Below are positions 48,989 to 63,015 of a stretch of DNA of 64,000 bases, in pieces. The notes under the pieces were generated by a model. The model ran no database searches and had not been told where the DNA came from. It saw only the letters and a program-made list of their open reading frames with translations. Numbering within the stretch: the stretch's first letter is position 1; each line of letters starts with the position of its first letter. Location: the NCBI GenBank assembly GCA_964187785.1, contig OZ076409.1, positions 7,566,001 through 7,630,000 on the forward strand, in the 5' to 3' direction. This stretch comes from Amphiscolops sp. MND2022. Lineage: Eukaryota. The translations under genes were made by a program, and so were the position numbers.

Positions 48989-50203
48989 TGTATTTCCTCT
49001 TCTGTCTCCCATGAAGTTCAAACTACCCGACTTGCCATCAAATCCGTCTCCCGAAAAATCGAAATAGGAGCAGAAATGTTTTGAGGACGGTTTACGTATC
49101 AATGGCACAACCGAAGATGCTGACAAATCAGTTTTTCTTGGTATATTTGTCGGCTCCGACAATTTCACTCTTCTTGAAAGTTCTACAACGTTTGCAGACC
49201 CTCTGAGAACATTGGACAGGCAGTTTCTGAAGCCCACGAGAGTGCTCTTTACCCATCATCAATTGCTCAGTGCCACTCAAAAGGACAACGGATCCATCGT
49301 AAAAATTTCTGGAAGACTGAAACGTCTTTTTGAAGACTGCGAATCCACCAGCTTGACCGTCCAAGCACATAAAGACTATCTAGTACGAAACGCTCTAAAA
49401 TCGGGGCTCAAGTTTGACGACATTCGGGCAAGACTATTGGAACTGGAAGACTCCAAGGCCGACATCGATAGCTGCATATCACTTGCATGTGCTATCGAAC
49501 TATCCAGTGACTTTTCCAAATCTTTCAGAAGTGCCGAATCTTCAACTGTGGCCGCAACCAATCTGTTCTCCCAGAAAACTCGGCGGCAACCTGATCGACC
49601 CGGCACCTCCGCTGCCGAACGGGTTTAGAACAAGCCTCGTCCGCGCTGTCAGTTCTGCGGTCTAAAACAGCACTCACGCTCAAAGTGCCCAACCAAAAGG
49701 GACACGTGTCACAAGTGCTCCAAAGCAGGACACAGGGCGTTGGTATGTAGATCGACCGCTGACGTCTTACAACAGTCATCTGACGATGAACCCGAGACTC
49801 CCATCGTTTAGTGCAGTACTGGCCTGCCGCCTGACACTCTGAATGTCAGCCTCAAATATGCAGGAAGCAATGAACAAGTTCAAGCAATGATTGATACCGG
49901 GTGAACGGGCTCTTTTATCAGCGTCTCAACAGCTGCCAAATATAGTCTGAAGGTCCGTTCGAAGCGGAAGGGAACCGCTTTGGCAAATGGCGACTACCTG
50001 GTTACGTCAGGCACCGCTGTAGCTAAAATTGAGGTAAACAAAAACACCTTATAAGTTGTATTCACTGTCGCAAAACACCTCGTTGCGGATGTTATTCTCG
50101 GGCTTGACGTTCTCCGACAACATTTCTCTGTCAGACTGGAGATAGGCGGTGACCGACCAGAGACCGTTATATGTGCCGGGCTCGATGAATTGGCGTTCCC
50201 TCG

Positions 50204-51407
50204 ATGAAAATTGCCCCTCCGACCATACTTTCTACATCAGTTTATAGTGCGAAACAGATTGCCACAAAATTGCGTCGTCACAAACCGCAAGACGTTGCCT
50301 ACATGGAGACCAATGTTAACCGCATGCTCGCTGAGGGCATAATTAAACTTTCCACGTATCCCTGGCGGGCTCAAGCCTTTGTTGTTAGGGACGGAACGAA
50401 GCCACGGATGCTGATCGACTATTCGCAGACAATTAATCGTCATACGTCCAAAGATGCGTTCCCTTCCAGAAATCAGAAATATGCATGACCTGCTTGATCA
50501 AGCAGCCGAGAACACTGTTTTTTCGAAAATCGATTTGAAGTCTGCGTATCATCGAATCCCACTCCATCGCAAGGACATGTCATTCACCACGTTCGAAGTA
50601 AACGGACGACTTTTTGAGTTCACAAGACTTCTCTATGGGATCACAAACACTGTAGCCGCATTTCAACGGGAAATGACAGCCGTTGTGCGCCGGCACTTCC
50701 TGAGGCGAACGCACACATATCTTGATGATGTGATCATCGGAGGCAGATCTGAGGAGGAAACCCAAGAAAATCTGAAGAATTTCGTGAAGGCGGCCGAGAC
50801 TGAGGGTCTGACGCTGAGCAAAGCCAAGTGCGTTATTGGCTGTGAGACAGTACCAATGCTCGGTCACATCGTAGGAACTGGGTCCAAACGCCCCAATCCG
50901 AGCCAAATAGAAGACTCTGATGCAATTCCCTATCCCCGGAAACTCGTCCCAGTTGAAACGCCTATTGGGTTTTTTGCGTACAACGCAAAGTGGATTGCAG
51001 ACTACTCAAATAAGGTTGCTCCTCTGCTCACAGCAGAGAAACGACTGACTTTTCCGCTCAATGAAGTGTCTCGGCTGGCTATCGCAACTCTCAAGAAAGA
51101 AGTTGCCACTGCCGTACCCTGGCTGCCCCGGGCAAACGAGCTTCTCGTTCTCCAAACCGACGCATCCGGAACCGGTATCGGAGCGACACTCTCTCAGGGC
51201 GATAAACTTGTCGGTTTCTTCTCGAGAACTCTGAAACATAGCGAAATAGCGAACTCGGTTGTTGAACGGGAAGCTATGGCTATCTTGGAAGGCTTCCGCC
51301 GTTTCTCAGTCCTGTTACGTGCGTCACGGGTTTTAGTTCGCATCGACCAAAGGACCCTCTTGTTCATTTTTGGACCCAACTCTTCCAGAGTAAAAATGAC
51401 AAGTTGA
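50204..51407 (+). pseudogene. pol: Gypsy RT-RNase H (frameshifted)
   Basis: PWRAQAFVV, KIDLKSAYH, TYLDD, LQTDASG, VEREAMAI. Confidence 0.92.
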
Positions 51408-51485
51408 TTCGCTGGCGCTTAGAACAACTCAAAAACTAACTTCTCCTTACTCACTTCGGAATAAGCTATCAGAGGTTGTCAGAAC

Positions 51486-52658
51486 GTGCCAGCTGCCACC
51501 CTGTCTCGATTAGCGTCCATACAGCCCAGCTGCAAAACCTTACACGAGACACTTGCTCATCCGGTAGTGACCCAACTGTACGAGTACATTCAAAGAGACA
51601 AAGTTCCAATGTCTTTAGATGATGCGAAAAGGGTCACAGCGAAATGCAAAATGTGCGCAGTATGGATACCTCGCTTTTTGCGCCCACGCGTCAATGGTCT
51701 TATTCGATCCTCCAAACCTTGGGAGCGTCTATCAATCGACATTGTTGACCCTAAACCAATGACTTTAAGCAAAAACCAATACCTTCTCACAGTGGTGGAT
51801 AAGTTTAGTAGGTTTCCCTTCGCCTTCCCTCTCCGGAACATCACGTCTAGTAGCGTCATCAAGTGTCTTTTGACAGTTTTCGCTATCTTCGGAACCCCTG
51901 GATTCATTTACTCCGACCGGGGCACAGAGTTCGTCTCATCGGAATTCCAAAACTTCTGCCGCCAAAATGGAGTTGCGACATCCAAAACTACGCCCTACCA
52001 CACTCAGGGCAATGGCCAAAACGAGCGCAACAACGGAATTGTGTGGAAGGCCGTTCAGTGCCTGCTACACTCCACAAACCGCCCACTCTCTGACTGGGAA
52101 AGCGTAATACCATCAGCGCTCTCATCGATTCGGACACTTATAAATACGGTCACCATGGAGAATCCCCATGATCGCTTCTTTTGTTTCAAACGCGGCGAGC
52201 CGCTGATCCGTCCCTCTAGTAGCGCACCTTGGCTCAGAATAGACACTCCCGCGTACCTCCGCAAATTTGTAAGGGCGAAAGACCAAGCTCCAGTTGCGCC
52301 TATACAGATATCCGAAGTCATCTCCCCTCACCTTGCAGGAGTCTCTTTTGGCGTTGGGCGAATTGACACGGTTTCTACCAGTGACCTCTCCCGACGACCG
52401 CTGAATATTGACAATGAAGAAACGATCTCGCAACCTGGTGGTCAATACAAAGACAAGGAGACCAATGTAGACATCGGAATATCGATTCCTGACATCGGAA
52501 CCGAGTGCGAGCCACCTAAATCTGTGGAACTAGTAAAGGAATCTCAAACCAGTCCTGCTCCCTGGGTTTCTCCTACTTCCACCTTGCGACGCTCGGCAAA
52601 GAACAGAAAACCAAAACCACCTACATACCTGGACCATTTTGTGTTGGCTATGAACTAG
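51486..52658 (+). pseudogene. Gypsy integrase
   Basis: LHETLAHP...KCKMC, PWERLSIDIV, SDRGTEF, QGNGQNER. Confidence 0.92.
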
Positions 52659-52785
52659 AGACTTACGAAGCGGGAAGGAGTGTTATGAATATTATACATA
52701 AAGAAAACATGTGGGGCATGGTACCCCTGTCCAGCAAATGCTCCTGTTCATCTCTAGGGACTCATTTGGAGAGCATTTGTAGTTC

Positions 52786-53527
52786 GGTTCGGGACAACTG
52801 GTCGACAACCACTTCTTCTACAAAACCAATTGGACGATTGATCGACAAAATTAACAACCAATCGTTCAAAATTGAAAAACATTTTGAAAAAGGCAGATAG
52901 ATTATAGGCATCCAAAAACATATTTTACTCAGTACGCGTTTGTCGACGGTATTTCCAAATTATTCTTTACACCACCCTATCGGGGGTACTAGAGAAAATG
53001 GGGAAGTTTCCTAGACACGTTTTATAGTCTAAATCACGTTATAGTTTTAGATCTCCAGTGGCCTGAAATTTCCCGATTTCAGACGTTACTCCCAAAACGC
53101 TCTATACACATATTTCACACATTTAGCAAAATACCTCATTCTGACAATTGATCGACAAAACGCTTCAAACACATATTTCGACGACTGGTCGTCAACCAAT
53201 ACATTGACGGAAGGTAGATAGTAAGTATGTGGAAAACAAGTTTGTAGGAGTAAGTTTGTAAAAAAGTGATAGTAGGTTTGTAGAAAAAAATCTACAAACT
53301 TACCCACCAATAGCAAGTTTGTAGAATTCTACAGTTTTTCTTCCTACAAATATATTATAATCCTAACTGAATAGATTGCAAAACTGGTCGACAAACAACA
53401 AAACTATTTCCAATTTGTGATCGCGATGTTTTTTGGGCGAATGGGCGACACATTTGTCGACGAAATGATAAGAGTGTCGATGAATCGTACAAGTCGCTAA
53501 AAAGTTGTCGACCAATCGTCTGGTTCC
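52786..53527. mobile_element. MULE-type MITE with GTCGAC/TTTGTAG subterminal repeats
   Basis: TIRs GGTTCGGGACAACTGGTCGACAAC vs reverse complement GGAACCAGACGATTGGTCGACAAC; TSD-like tttgtagttc/tttgtactac. Confidence 0.75.
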
Positions 53528-54051
53528 TTTGTACTACCAGCGGGGATTTAACTGTAACCGCCGGTGTCACTGGAGGCGTTGTGAATACTGTGCAGTCCGA
53601 GCTGAACGTTTGGTTCTGGTTGCGATGTTTGCGGCTTTGCTATACGTGGACCTTGTGCCGTTCTCCCGGCCACTTTTGGATTCCCTGGCCCAGTTCGTTG
53701 ATTGGCCGGGGATGAATTCCGTCGTTGTTGGTAGTTTGTAAGATGCGTCATTTGGCCTAATGTCACTTGGCTTGATTTTTTTCTCGAGACATTTTGCCTA
53801 ATGTTTTCAAGCCAAATGACCACAAATTTAAGCCAAGTCCATTCTTACTCAAGTTAGGTGGTGACAATTTATACAGCTAAAATTGCAACTAAGGAGTCAA
53901 ACATCATACGAGGTTTTAATTGGTTTGAAAAGGTAAGCACATCCGCTGCATGTCTCGGTCGCTTCGCTCCCTTCGCAAAATAGCAACATTGAGGCTTGGT
54001 CATGTGGGACGTCACTCCGTTTCGTTTCGATCCTGCATCTAAGGCACTAGG

Positions 54052-54512
54052 CTATGTGAACATGAGATTTCTATCCGAATGGATTTCAACGAAGTGGTCG
54101 ACACTTTTGCGGTGGACAGAGAAATCTGCAGAATCCCAAACAGTTCGTATTTGGCTTCGACACGGTAAAATTTGCTGGCTTCCTCATCACTCCGTTCGAC
54201 AGCCAGTCCAGTGACAACCATATCCGCCCAATCCGTGACTTTCCAACGCCAAAAGACTTCACTGACATCCGAACTCGGTTTTTCCTCATCATCCAAGTGT
54301 CGTTACGCCCGCAATGACAAATTTCTCCAAGCATCTGAAGCCGTCGTCAACCTTATCTTGGCATGATGAGCTACAATGATTTTTTGAGTACTCCAAGGCT
54401 GCTATACCAAACAAAGTCAGCGAAAGTGTCCTGACCTTCAACTCCAAACGTGTTAAATGTCTGGCCACCAATAAGTCCAAGAGAGGCGTCCGTTTCTGGC
54501 TCCTGCAGAAGT
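54052..54512 (+). pseudogene. Gypsy RT/RNase H fragment
   Basis: FVFGFDTVKFAGFLIT, IRDFPTPKDFTDIR, KRGVRFWLLQK. Confidence 0.7.
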
Positions 54513-57500
54513 ATTGAACTTATGAGGTCACCTGTTTTACCTGTGTGTTTTACCTAACGCGGCATGGTAAGCTACCTCTGATCGTCACACATTGAGTACC
54601 CGTGGGCCAATCTGCCGCCGACCCTGATGATGCCATTGTCCATGAACGGGTAGACGGGTGCTGTTAAGCTCTTCGGGTTGATGGACTCGCCATATTAGCG
54701 GGCTCGGTATTCCGCTGAAAAGTGCACCATTTGATCTGACTTGACAACCGCGTGTAAGGCGAGAGCCATTTCCTCCCAACCAAAGATCGCCTTGAGATCT
54801 TTCCTGAACGCTCTTTCGCAAATGCACAGTTTTCTTACAAACTTCACTGGTGAATTGAAATTGTCCAAGTCAACTGAATAGTTACCGGGGGACGTTAACA
54901 CTGTCAGGATTTGATTTCTTGGCGGGCTTCCTCCTTTGTGATTAGAGTGTGAGGTTGGACAGGAAATTATAATCCCAGCCACGCGGGTCCTTCAAACAAG
55001 AACTTTTGCCGAGCCACCAACTGCGTTGTTAGCTTTCCGCGTGAACGCAGACCTGCTGGGTCCTCTTCTGACGGCACGTGAATGAATTCATTTGTTGGGA
55101 GACTTGACTGGAGTTGAGAGACACAACTAGAAACGAATTCGGAGAATCCCCATCGAGCGGGGTCCGCATTGAGCCATGAGAGTGCGATCGATGAGTCTGA
55201 TTACAACACTGAGATGCTCACTGCGTGCTTCCATTTTGATAGTGCCCACTTGATCGCTTTGCACGTTTGGCAATAGCGTGTATTGTCAGGAGCTCGAGAC
55301 GAGGGAGAGTTGGGGGTTTGATTGAAGCCACCTTGAACTTGGAGGAAATGAGGGTTGAGTAAACGATGTCATATTTGACTGATATGCTTTGACTGATAGA
55401 CCACATAAACACAAGCACCATATGCTTTTTCGGATCACAGAAGACTTGCAGGGAGGCTTACCCGTACAAGGGGGTTGGTACCACCTTCCGGGTTTATCTT
55501 GAGTTTTGACATCGAACCCATGTCATCTTTCCAGTTTGTAAAGCATGTGACACATCATCTGGAACTGCATCAATCCACTCGCTATCCAGCTTCCAGCAGG
55601 ACTGAATGATGACCTTGGCTACTACTACGGGGCTATGGGGCCAATCGAAACGAAATGCTTTGAAACATCAATGAGTATCGTTCGTGTTGTAATGTTTGAA
55701 ACATACTCACTACTACTCGTATAAACAGAGTGATCCTCCAAAGGATGCCACGTCAGTCCCAAGGTTTTGATTCTGTGGGGTTTTTTCGTTGATTTTGTAG
55801 GCCTTGCCAGGTTCTTGAAGATCTTTGGGAAGACGAGTGACCAGTTGGGGTTCGTTGCTGCTCCATTTGCGTAGTGGGAGACAGTTCTTGTTGAACGTTT
55901 CGATCAGATCGTCTTGAAGCTCTCAAGCTTCCTCCACTAATTGTATCAGAGCCACTAAGTAGAACATCAACCTAGAAGCATCGAGAATCACACTCACTGT
56001 GTTGGGATTGGGTCGGTGACTATTACTACGCTCTTGAAGTGCTCGCGTTGAATGGTAGAATGAGCTGGCAACATCGAACCTCACACGGGGCATACGCAAT
56101 ACTCGGATCTCGTCCGTCACGTAATCACGCCACGGAAATTGATGGAAGTCACAATTTGACTTGTCTATAGCCTTTTGCCGGTACATCTTTGCCACATCTT
56201 CCAACAAGGTCTGTTGGTGTAGGCGGAAGCGAATGAGGATGTCGAACACATCGTCTTGTAAGCGGGGTCCAAGCATTCCATCGTTCAGAGAATAGCCATT
56301 CGGAGACTTGCTGCTGGTATAAAACACGACACGAAGCTTGGTCGTCGTTCTATCCTTGAACACACAGTGTGATGGGGTAAGTAGTAGCACAAGTCTGAAG
56401 TCTGAAGATCTTGTTCAGGACGGCCCATATCCATAACTTCTTTGATGAAGTCACGATTTTGCTGCTTCACATCATCGTGATCCTTGCGCTTCCGTTCCAA
56501 AAACTTCTGCTTGGCTGTTTGAAAACTGTTCGAAGGACGTGCTTCAGGCTTGAACGGGAGATGAACTGTGCGGGGGCCGTAATTTGCAATATAGTTCGTT
56601 GTGTTGTAGTGTTCCACACACTGATCATTTTCTTTGGACATCGGCTTCACTCCTTGAAGGAATCTTCTCTACTTGTCAGATGCGAGCAAGGTCCAGTTCC
56701 ACTGCATTTTGAATGGATTGAGGTTGGTAGGCACGAACATGGGTTAACACTCCAGTAACCATCTAGCTAAAGATTGATTTGCGATAGTGCAGTCCATGAT
56801 TCTTCTTCCTTTCGTCCAGATAGACATCCTCGTACACATCCGCACCAAAGGCCAATTGAACGGGACTAGGTGTTGAAACGTTTTGTCTCCTAGTGCTACA
56901 CTTTTCACTGATTTTCGTTGTTTCAAATTATTGGATTCAGAAGGTATATTACCTGCGATTGAGTTCAGCACTAGTGCTGTAACAGGCAACTTTTGAGATT
57001 CAACTAAGACTGACTCCTTTGCTGCTTGTTGCCGTCCACCAATCCCAGAGATCATCACGTTGCCTGTTGAACTGGCAAGGTTGAGTTTTGAAGCAGTATC
57101 CGCTGTTAAGAAGGAGGTTTATGACCCAGAGTCCAGCAATGCTCGAAACATCAATGTCTTTCCAGCTGTATCATCTATGTCAGCCATCGCTATTGACAGA
57201 CGCACTCAGGGACCACTGAATGTTGCACCGTTCGTAACACCACCTTGCTGCTGGACCGGCTATCAAAGTGTAGTAGTGATGTGTGTGATGTCTCACGTTG
57301 CGAGTGCGGCAGCTGAACTTCGATGGACAATCAGACACGAAATGCCGCCCCAGACAGTTCATGCACAGTTTGAGCCTCCTCACCGCAGCTTTTCTCTCAC
57401 GCGTGCTCAATTGTTTGTAGCGATCACACTGAGAGATTGAATGGGACCCATTGCATTGTTTCATCTGATAACTTGCAGAGTGCTCAGCAGTTGAAGAGTA

Positions 57501-58466
57501 GGCTTCTTGATGCACCTTCTTAGGGGTCGTCTTAGGAACGGAAGCCTCAGGTTGGTCACCACTGGATTCCATTGCGCAGCTTGTCTGTTCATAAAGGTAG
57601 TCAAATCTTTGAATGTTAACACATCTGTGCCGGTATGAGCCAATTAAAATTGCTTGCTTGATTCAACATCAAGTTTGTCCAACAGCCAGTACACTAGTAT
57701 TGCATCCTTTTGATCGTCAGGCAACATCAAGGCGTCTAGTGTTTGCACGTGTTCTTTTGTTGACTACAACAACTCGCGCAGTTTGGCACTTGATTCTTTC
57801 TTAAAGGCTGGTAGGGCATGAATTGCCGCAAAGTGCGCCTTCACGAATGAACGTTTGTATGAAACGCTTGAGAGACACCTGTGAAACGCTCTTATAACTT
57901 TCGCTTTGCAATGTCGTAGTTTGCAAATGAAACTATCTTAGCTGCATCACCCTTCAATGGCAATTTGAGTTACGATAGCTTGTCAACGTTGGCCATGACA
58001 GCTTTGTCGTCAACCAATGTTGTAAATTGGTCCCAGGAGGAGACCCAGTGCGTGTCGTCACCACTGAACGAAGATAGGGTTAGCTCGGGGAGCTTTGTGG
58101 TCAGACTGCCACTTGATGGTGCCGCTGTGTCGCTTGGCCTTGGAGGCTGCAACTCCTTGATTTTGCCCTGACACCACTTCACTACTTTTTCTGCTGCCAT
58201 GAACAGATCAGCAGTATCCTCCTCATCTGCTTCTAGGTCATCGTCGTCTTTAATGAGTTGTTGTATCAGTGATTTCAACTCAGACAGCATCTTGCGACAA
58301 TCAATTAGGAACTCCAATGTTGCTTGGACGTCCTCGAGTGGTCCACCGTCTTGCTGGATTGCTGTTGCCCGTCTAGTGAAAGCTCATGAGAATCACTTGA
58401 TCGCTTCAACTGAGATCGCTTCACACCACCAAGCCGTCTGAACCTCTTGAACCATCTGCTGTTGAG

Positions 58467-58484
58467 ATCACGTCTAGGTCACCA
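58467..58484 (-). promoter_or_regulatory. Primer-binding site, tRNA-Trp
   Basis: TGGTGACCTAGACGTGAT matches the Trp PBS TGGTGACCCCGACGTGAT at 16/18; 1 nt from the LTR. Confidence 0.85.
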
Positions 58485-58485
58485 A

Positions 58486-59013
58486 TGTTTCGTGGTAGCT
58501 CTCAAGCTACAACGGGGGAACTCAAGAAAGATTTCGATTAAGAAAGAGTGGAGGAATTCAAAGATAAAGTTCAAGCAAAGATGATTCGGATCTTGTTTCA
58601 ATGCAAGAAGTCCGTAGTTGTATAACGTTTATCGACGGCATGAATAAACTAGAAATGATACAAGAATTGAGAATGGGTGGACTGGTTGTCAGCTGGTTGT
58701 TAACGGACGTTTTAGGAATTTAAAGCCAAATGGACAACAAAAGGTCTATGCAGAAAGTTTACATATAAGTTTATGTACGTATACATAAATGAGCAACGAT
58801 AGGTAAACATTGTATATGAGAGAAGAACATTTCGATTGGGTGTCAGATGGTATGATTGATCAATAATACCGTTGAGTAATACGGTATCAAAGAAATCAAA
58901 AAGAAGAACTGATCCACATTGCTAACTGGACTAATAATTACTGCGCGATCACTGTGATGTCATGCTTGTTGACATGGTCCAGTGGCATGCGAATACACGT
59001 TCGCCGTGAAACA
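58486..59013 (-). repeat. 5' LTR of the BEL/Pao element (528 bp)
   Basis: TGTTTC...GAAACA ends, adjacent to the PBS. Confidence 0.8.
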
Positions 59014-59915
59014 TGCGAAAACTTGAGCCGCCTAAATATCTCCCTTGACGTAGGTACATCCTTCATTGGGGGAATTGGGTACCAACATGTTTAGTGGATA
59101 CGTTTACCAAACGATTCTAAGATTGAGGCACACGATAATAAGATAGGTATAAGAAAAGGCGTCAAAAGCACTATACGTTACACTTGCAGGATAGATAAAA
59201 CGAATACGGTTGAAGCACACGATACGTGAAACTATAAAGTGATATTTTTCAACAGGAAAATGGTAGTCCCGGAGCAGTGCAAGCTTCGTTTTGGGGGAAA
59301 TTGGATCATCTAAAAAGACCCTTTATGTTCAGATAAAGCTGTGACGGAACGAATCAAGAGAATAGTAGTAGACGGTTCATGTTGTTTGCAGGTTCTTTGA
59401 GGTTGCAGATGCTGTTCTTCAACTTATTGAGAATAGAGGATTAAATAGAAACCTTTATTCGACACTTATTCTATACAATGACCCTGAAATCAAACGATAC
59501 TGTTTCTACAAGTAGAGGTTCCTACACATTTCTCGGTCTGTTATGATAAACTTTACGACATTGTACCTTGCTGGGTTCCTCCAGAAGGTTCAGTTCGATC
59601 GCTGAAAGCAAGGACGCTGGGCTGATTATGTCTTGAGTGTGAACACTTGTAAATTCCGAAGGAGTTTTCAAAAACGAACTGAATATTGACATAGTTGAAT
59701 TGTTTTGAGAATGTATTTGAGAGTTTTTTCGGGTTCGGGATTTTCAACTAGAGTACGAGTCGCAAACCAAAAATTGAATAAACAGCACATTTCGTGAACA
59801 GACGGCAAGGAGCGTTCCCAATAGTGATAGACTGATGTCCTCCGTCACACGTCTCTAGCGCATTCAATTCAGCGCAAAAGGTTTATTCGAAAGTCATCAG
59901 AAACTTTTCGTTCCA

Positions 59916-60695
59916 CCCAGTTACACGAATCTTGGCACGCTTGCCAAGATGCATGGGTATGCTTGCCAAGATCTTGGCAAGATCTTGCCAAGATCTTACC
60001 AAGGCTACCATGATCATGCAAGATCATGGCAAGGCTGACCATGCGTCTTACCAAGCGTACCAAGATTTTCCATGTATCTTACCAAGCTTTTCCATGTGTC
60101 TTGCCAAGCACCCGCCAAGTAATTAGAACCCGTTATCTCAATAGATCAGGTAATAGCTAATTCTAAACAAATAATAGCTAGAAAAGTTGGTTTTCACACC
60201 GATATCGCAAACCCGCAAGTTGCAATAACTTGATTCGGAGTTTGCTTGGTATGATAAGTCATGTTACTAGTAACAATGCCGTGCTCTCAAGTAACAAAAC
60301 TCGGTCAATACGTGCAGCAAATTATTGAGCAAATTTTGGATAATTTTCAATTAAAAACTATTTTCAATCAATAAATATTATGTCCAAAGTTATTACAATG
60401 GCTAATTCAAAAATTGCAGACGACAAAGAATTTTTGCGAAAAGAATAAATTATGCACAATTAATACCAGCTTACATGTCGTACCATGGTTATCTTGTCAA
60501 GATCTTGCCATGATCTTGCCATGATCTTGGCAAGCATTTCCACATGGAACGCTTGTCAAGATCTTGCCAAGATCTTGCCAAGATCTTACCAAGCGTAGCA
60601 TGCATCATGTTTTTCCATGCGTCTTGGTAAGCCTACCATGCGTTTCCATGTTTTTCCAAGATCTTGGCAAGGCTACCAAGATCCGTGTCACTGGG
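59916..60695. mobile_element. Non-autonomous CMC/EnSpm-like element (CCC...GGG ends, 2-bp TSD)
   Basis: TIRs CCCAGTTACACGAATCTTGG / CCAAGATCCGTGTCACTGGG (18/20); CA TSD; subterminal CTTGCCAAGAT arrays at both ends. Confidence 0.9.
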
Positions 60696-61209
60696 CAGTA
60701 TTAAATTGATGTGCCTGGAACGGTCTTGATGTTTATTTGCGGATGATTCAGAAAGAGCACCGCGTAGTCGTAGACAGTGACGTCTGCAATCTTGTCGTCG
60801 TCTGCCACCACTCTAACTCCCATACGATTGTTTACTCCGTCTACTTTGGTGCAAAATGATCCCAATGGTCGATCAAACTCACGATATCTGCAAAATTTTC
60901 ACTGGTTTAATTTTTCGCGCTGATTGATAACTTTTGGCGTTTGCCTCCTTGCAATGGTTTAACTGAAAAAAACTTAGCGAAGACAACAGGCAGTAGCACC
61001 ATAAAGCAGTATTCGGTTGCTTTTGACAGACATCTTAAAGTTTGGCTATCAAATTTTCAGCAATGGGGATTCACCAGTTTTTGAACCCCCTTTCAAGTGA
61101 ACCATGTCTGAATTGAACAACTTCCCAGATATGGAAAGTCCAATGTTGCTGTTGAGGCAGTGTGGAGTGATAAGCTCCCAGCCATTCACACTCAGCGAGA
61201 ATGCGCTTG

Positions 61210-61520
61210 TCTAACCCTACTATGTGGGCCGGCTTTGAAGAACTTTGCGATGACGAAGGTAAGTTATTTTCGTCACTTTTACTAATAACTGCCATTAACA
61301 AGTTCTTCAGTTGACTCAACTCGCTTTGTAACTCGTTTATCTTCTTCTCATAGTTTTCCCTTATTTCAGACAACTGGGACGAGATATCTGAAGCTTCGTT
61401 GTTGTCAGAGTCATTGGCGGACGACTGAGCCATGTCTGGATCTATTGGAGAGGATGTTTCTTACGAGGAATTTATAACTCTATCGCTTCTAAGTTCGGTG
61501 CCTTGATCTGGATTCATGAA
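61210..61520 (-). pseudogene. Short coiled-coil ORF fragment, probably a retroelement gag/ORF1 N-terminus
   Basis: ISSQLSEIRENYEKKINELQSELSQLKNLLMAVI heptads; no diagnostic motif. Confidence 0.35.
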
Positions 61521-62159
61521 ATCGAGAGAAAAGAATTATGAGTGAAGACTGGATTATCTGAGATGCTGTTTCGATGTATTTTACTGATTTAAGTGGTTAT
61601 TCGATCTCAAAATTCACTAATCTGAACTGAGATGTTTTAGGAAAATGAAGTCGTAACAAGCAAGTAAGCAGTTAGGTAAGAAGAAGGAAATTAGCAAGGT
61701 AGTTAGGGAAAGTTCATCCGATTTTCATCGCAGTCGTAGATGTACCAAGAAATTACTCAAATTCAGTTCTGTACCTTTTGAAGATGAAATAGAGATGTGT
61801 TTTTAATGACTTTCACGTGTTAAAATATCCAACCGGTCTCAATTCGGGCTCTTAGTAATCGCTAATGGCGGTCCAAATTACAGCAGTTCACGTGTCTTCT
61901 CGGTTGGTAAGACGCTAAATCTCTTACCAACCTTCTCTCATTGGCTGTTTCCAGCTGGTGTTAAAATGGTAAGTCACGTGACCGGTTTTGTGAACTGCCG
62001 CAAAGTGGCCACGCATCATGGTACATCTACATATGTTAATGGTGTTTAGTCATCGATTTACAATGTCGCAATTGCCTGCACGTAGCATCATGGTTTCTAT
62101 AACAACTAAAATGAACTCAAATCATTCGATAATGTACTAATTTTAAGTCAATTCAAAGT

Positions 62160-63015
62160 AAAACACAATTCGGGATGGGAAAACAATGTTTTCCGCTGAT
62201 TCTAGCGCCAAAATCAATGATTTAAAACTTGAAGATGGAAATGCGATGAACTTGTAAGAATATTTGCTGATTTCCAAGTCTAGTTTAGCTCTGGATGAAA
62301 ATGCGATGAATGGTAGTCTTTCTCGCTCGGAAATCAACACAATTCAAATTGACGATGATAAAAGGATGAACTCCACGTATAATTTGCCAATTTCCAGCAC
62401 AGATTAAACTGACGATGAATTCGGGATGAATTCAGTCGATAAATGCCAATTCTAGTACAGGTGAATTTTGGCGATGGGTTTAAGATGAACTTGTCAGTTA
62501 AAACAGCAAATACCAAAGCAATGTAAACTGGCGATGAGTTTAGGATGAACTCATTCACCAAAATGGTTAATTTTTCAGCACGGACGAAATCAAGATGAAT
62601 TAAGGATGGGTTTACTAAACAAATCAGATAACCAGCACTTTCACTCTTTTTTCAGGATGGATTAAGGATGTATTTTCTCATTTCACTTCTGTACTAGTGA
62701 ACACGATGAGTAAAGGATGGGTTACTGTTCTTTAGAAATGAGAAGCACACTTCAGGAGTTTCTAAGTGAGATAATCGCGATGAATTAAAGATGAGTTTTG
62801 CTAAAATAAGTCCCATAAAATCCGCTGATGGATAATTGATGAAAATTAGTTTAAAGTCCCATGTAAAGTTCACTCGCAATTTTTGAGGATGGGGTTGCGA
62901 TGAACTTTAGTTAAAAGCACCGTTGAATCCGCTGATGGATTCCAAGTGAAATTTCTAATCAGGTCAAAGTCATCACCAAATTCGACAATGAATTTGTGAT
63001 GAATTTAGTGGAATT
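62160..63015. repeat. GATGAA-rich degenerate repeat block, probably the subterminal region of a DNA transposon interrupted by an LTR
   Basis: Many GCGATGAA/GGATGAA copies; termini not identified. Confidence 0.5.

Larger units (their letters stand above)
49011..52710 (+). mobile_element. Decayed Ty3/Gypsy element (gag, protease, RT, RNase H, integrase, PPT, start of 3' LTR)
   Basis: CHKCSKAGHRALVC; MIDTG; YLDD; QTDAS; integrase H...C..C, SIDIV, YSDRG, GQNER; PPT GAAGCGGGAAGGAG followed by TGTTATG at 52681. Confidence 0.93.
54550..59013 (-). mobile_element. Decayed BEL/Pao LTR retrotransposon, 5' part
   Basis: KLPELTLSSFSGD...WDQF (Pao gag), LCMNCLGRHFVSDC knuckles, ALLDSGS protease, YYLPHH...TTKLRVVF...SLND.MLGPRLQ RT; LTR and PBS. 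Confidence 0.92.

Noticed and set aside
53528..53830. Possible gag fragment on the minus strand
   Set aside because: Low-complexity sequence with no intact diagnostic motif
59380..59750. Possible Penelope GIY-YIG C-terminal remnant on the minus strand
   Set aside because: Only weak similarity (SSILNKLKNSICNLKE) amid many stops; cannot be supported
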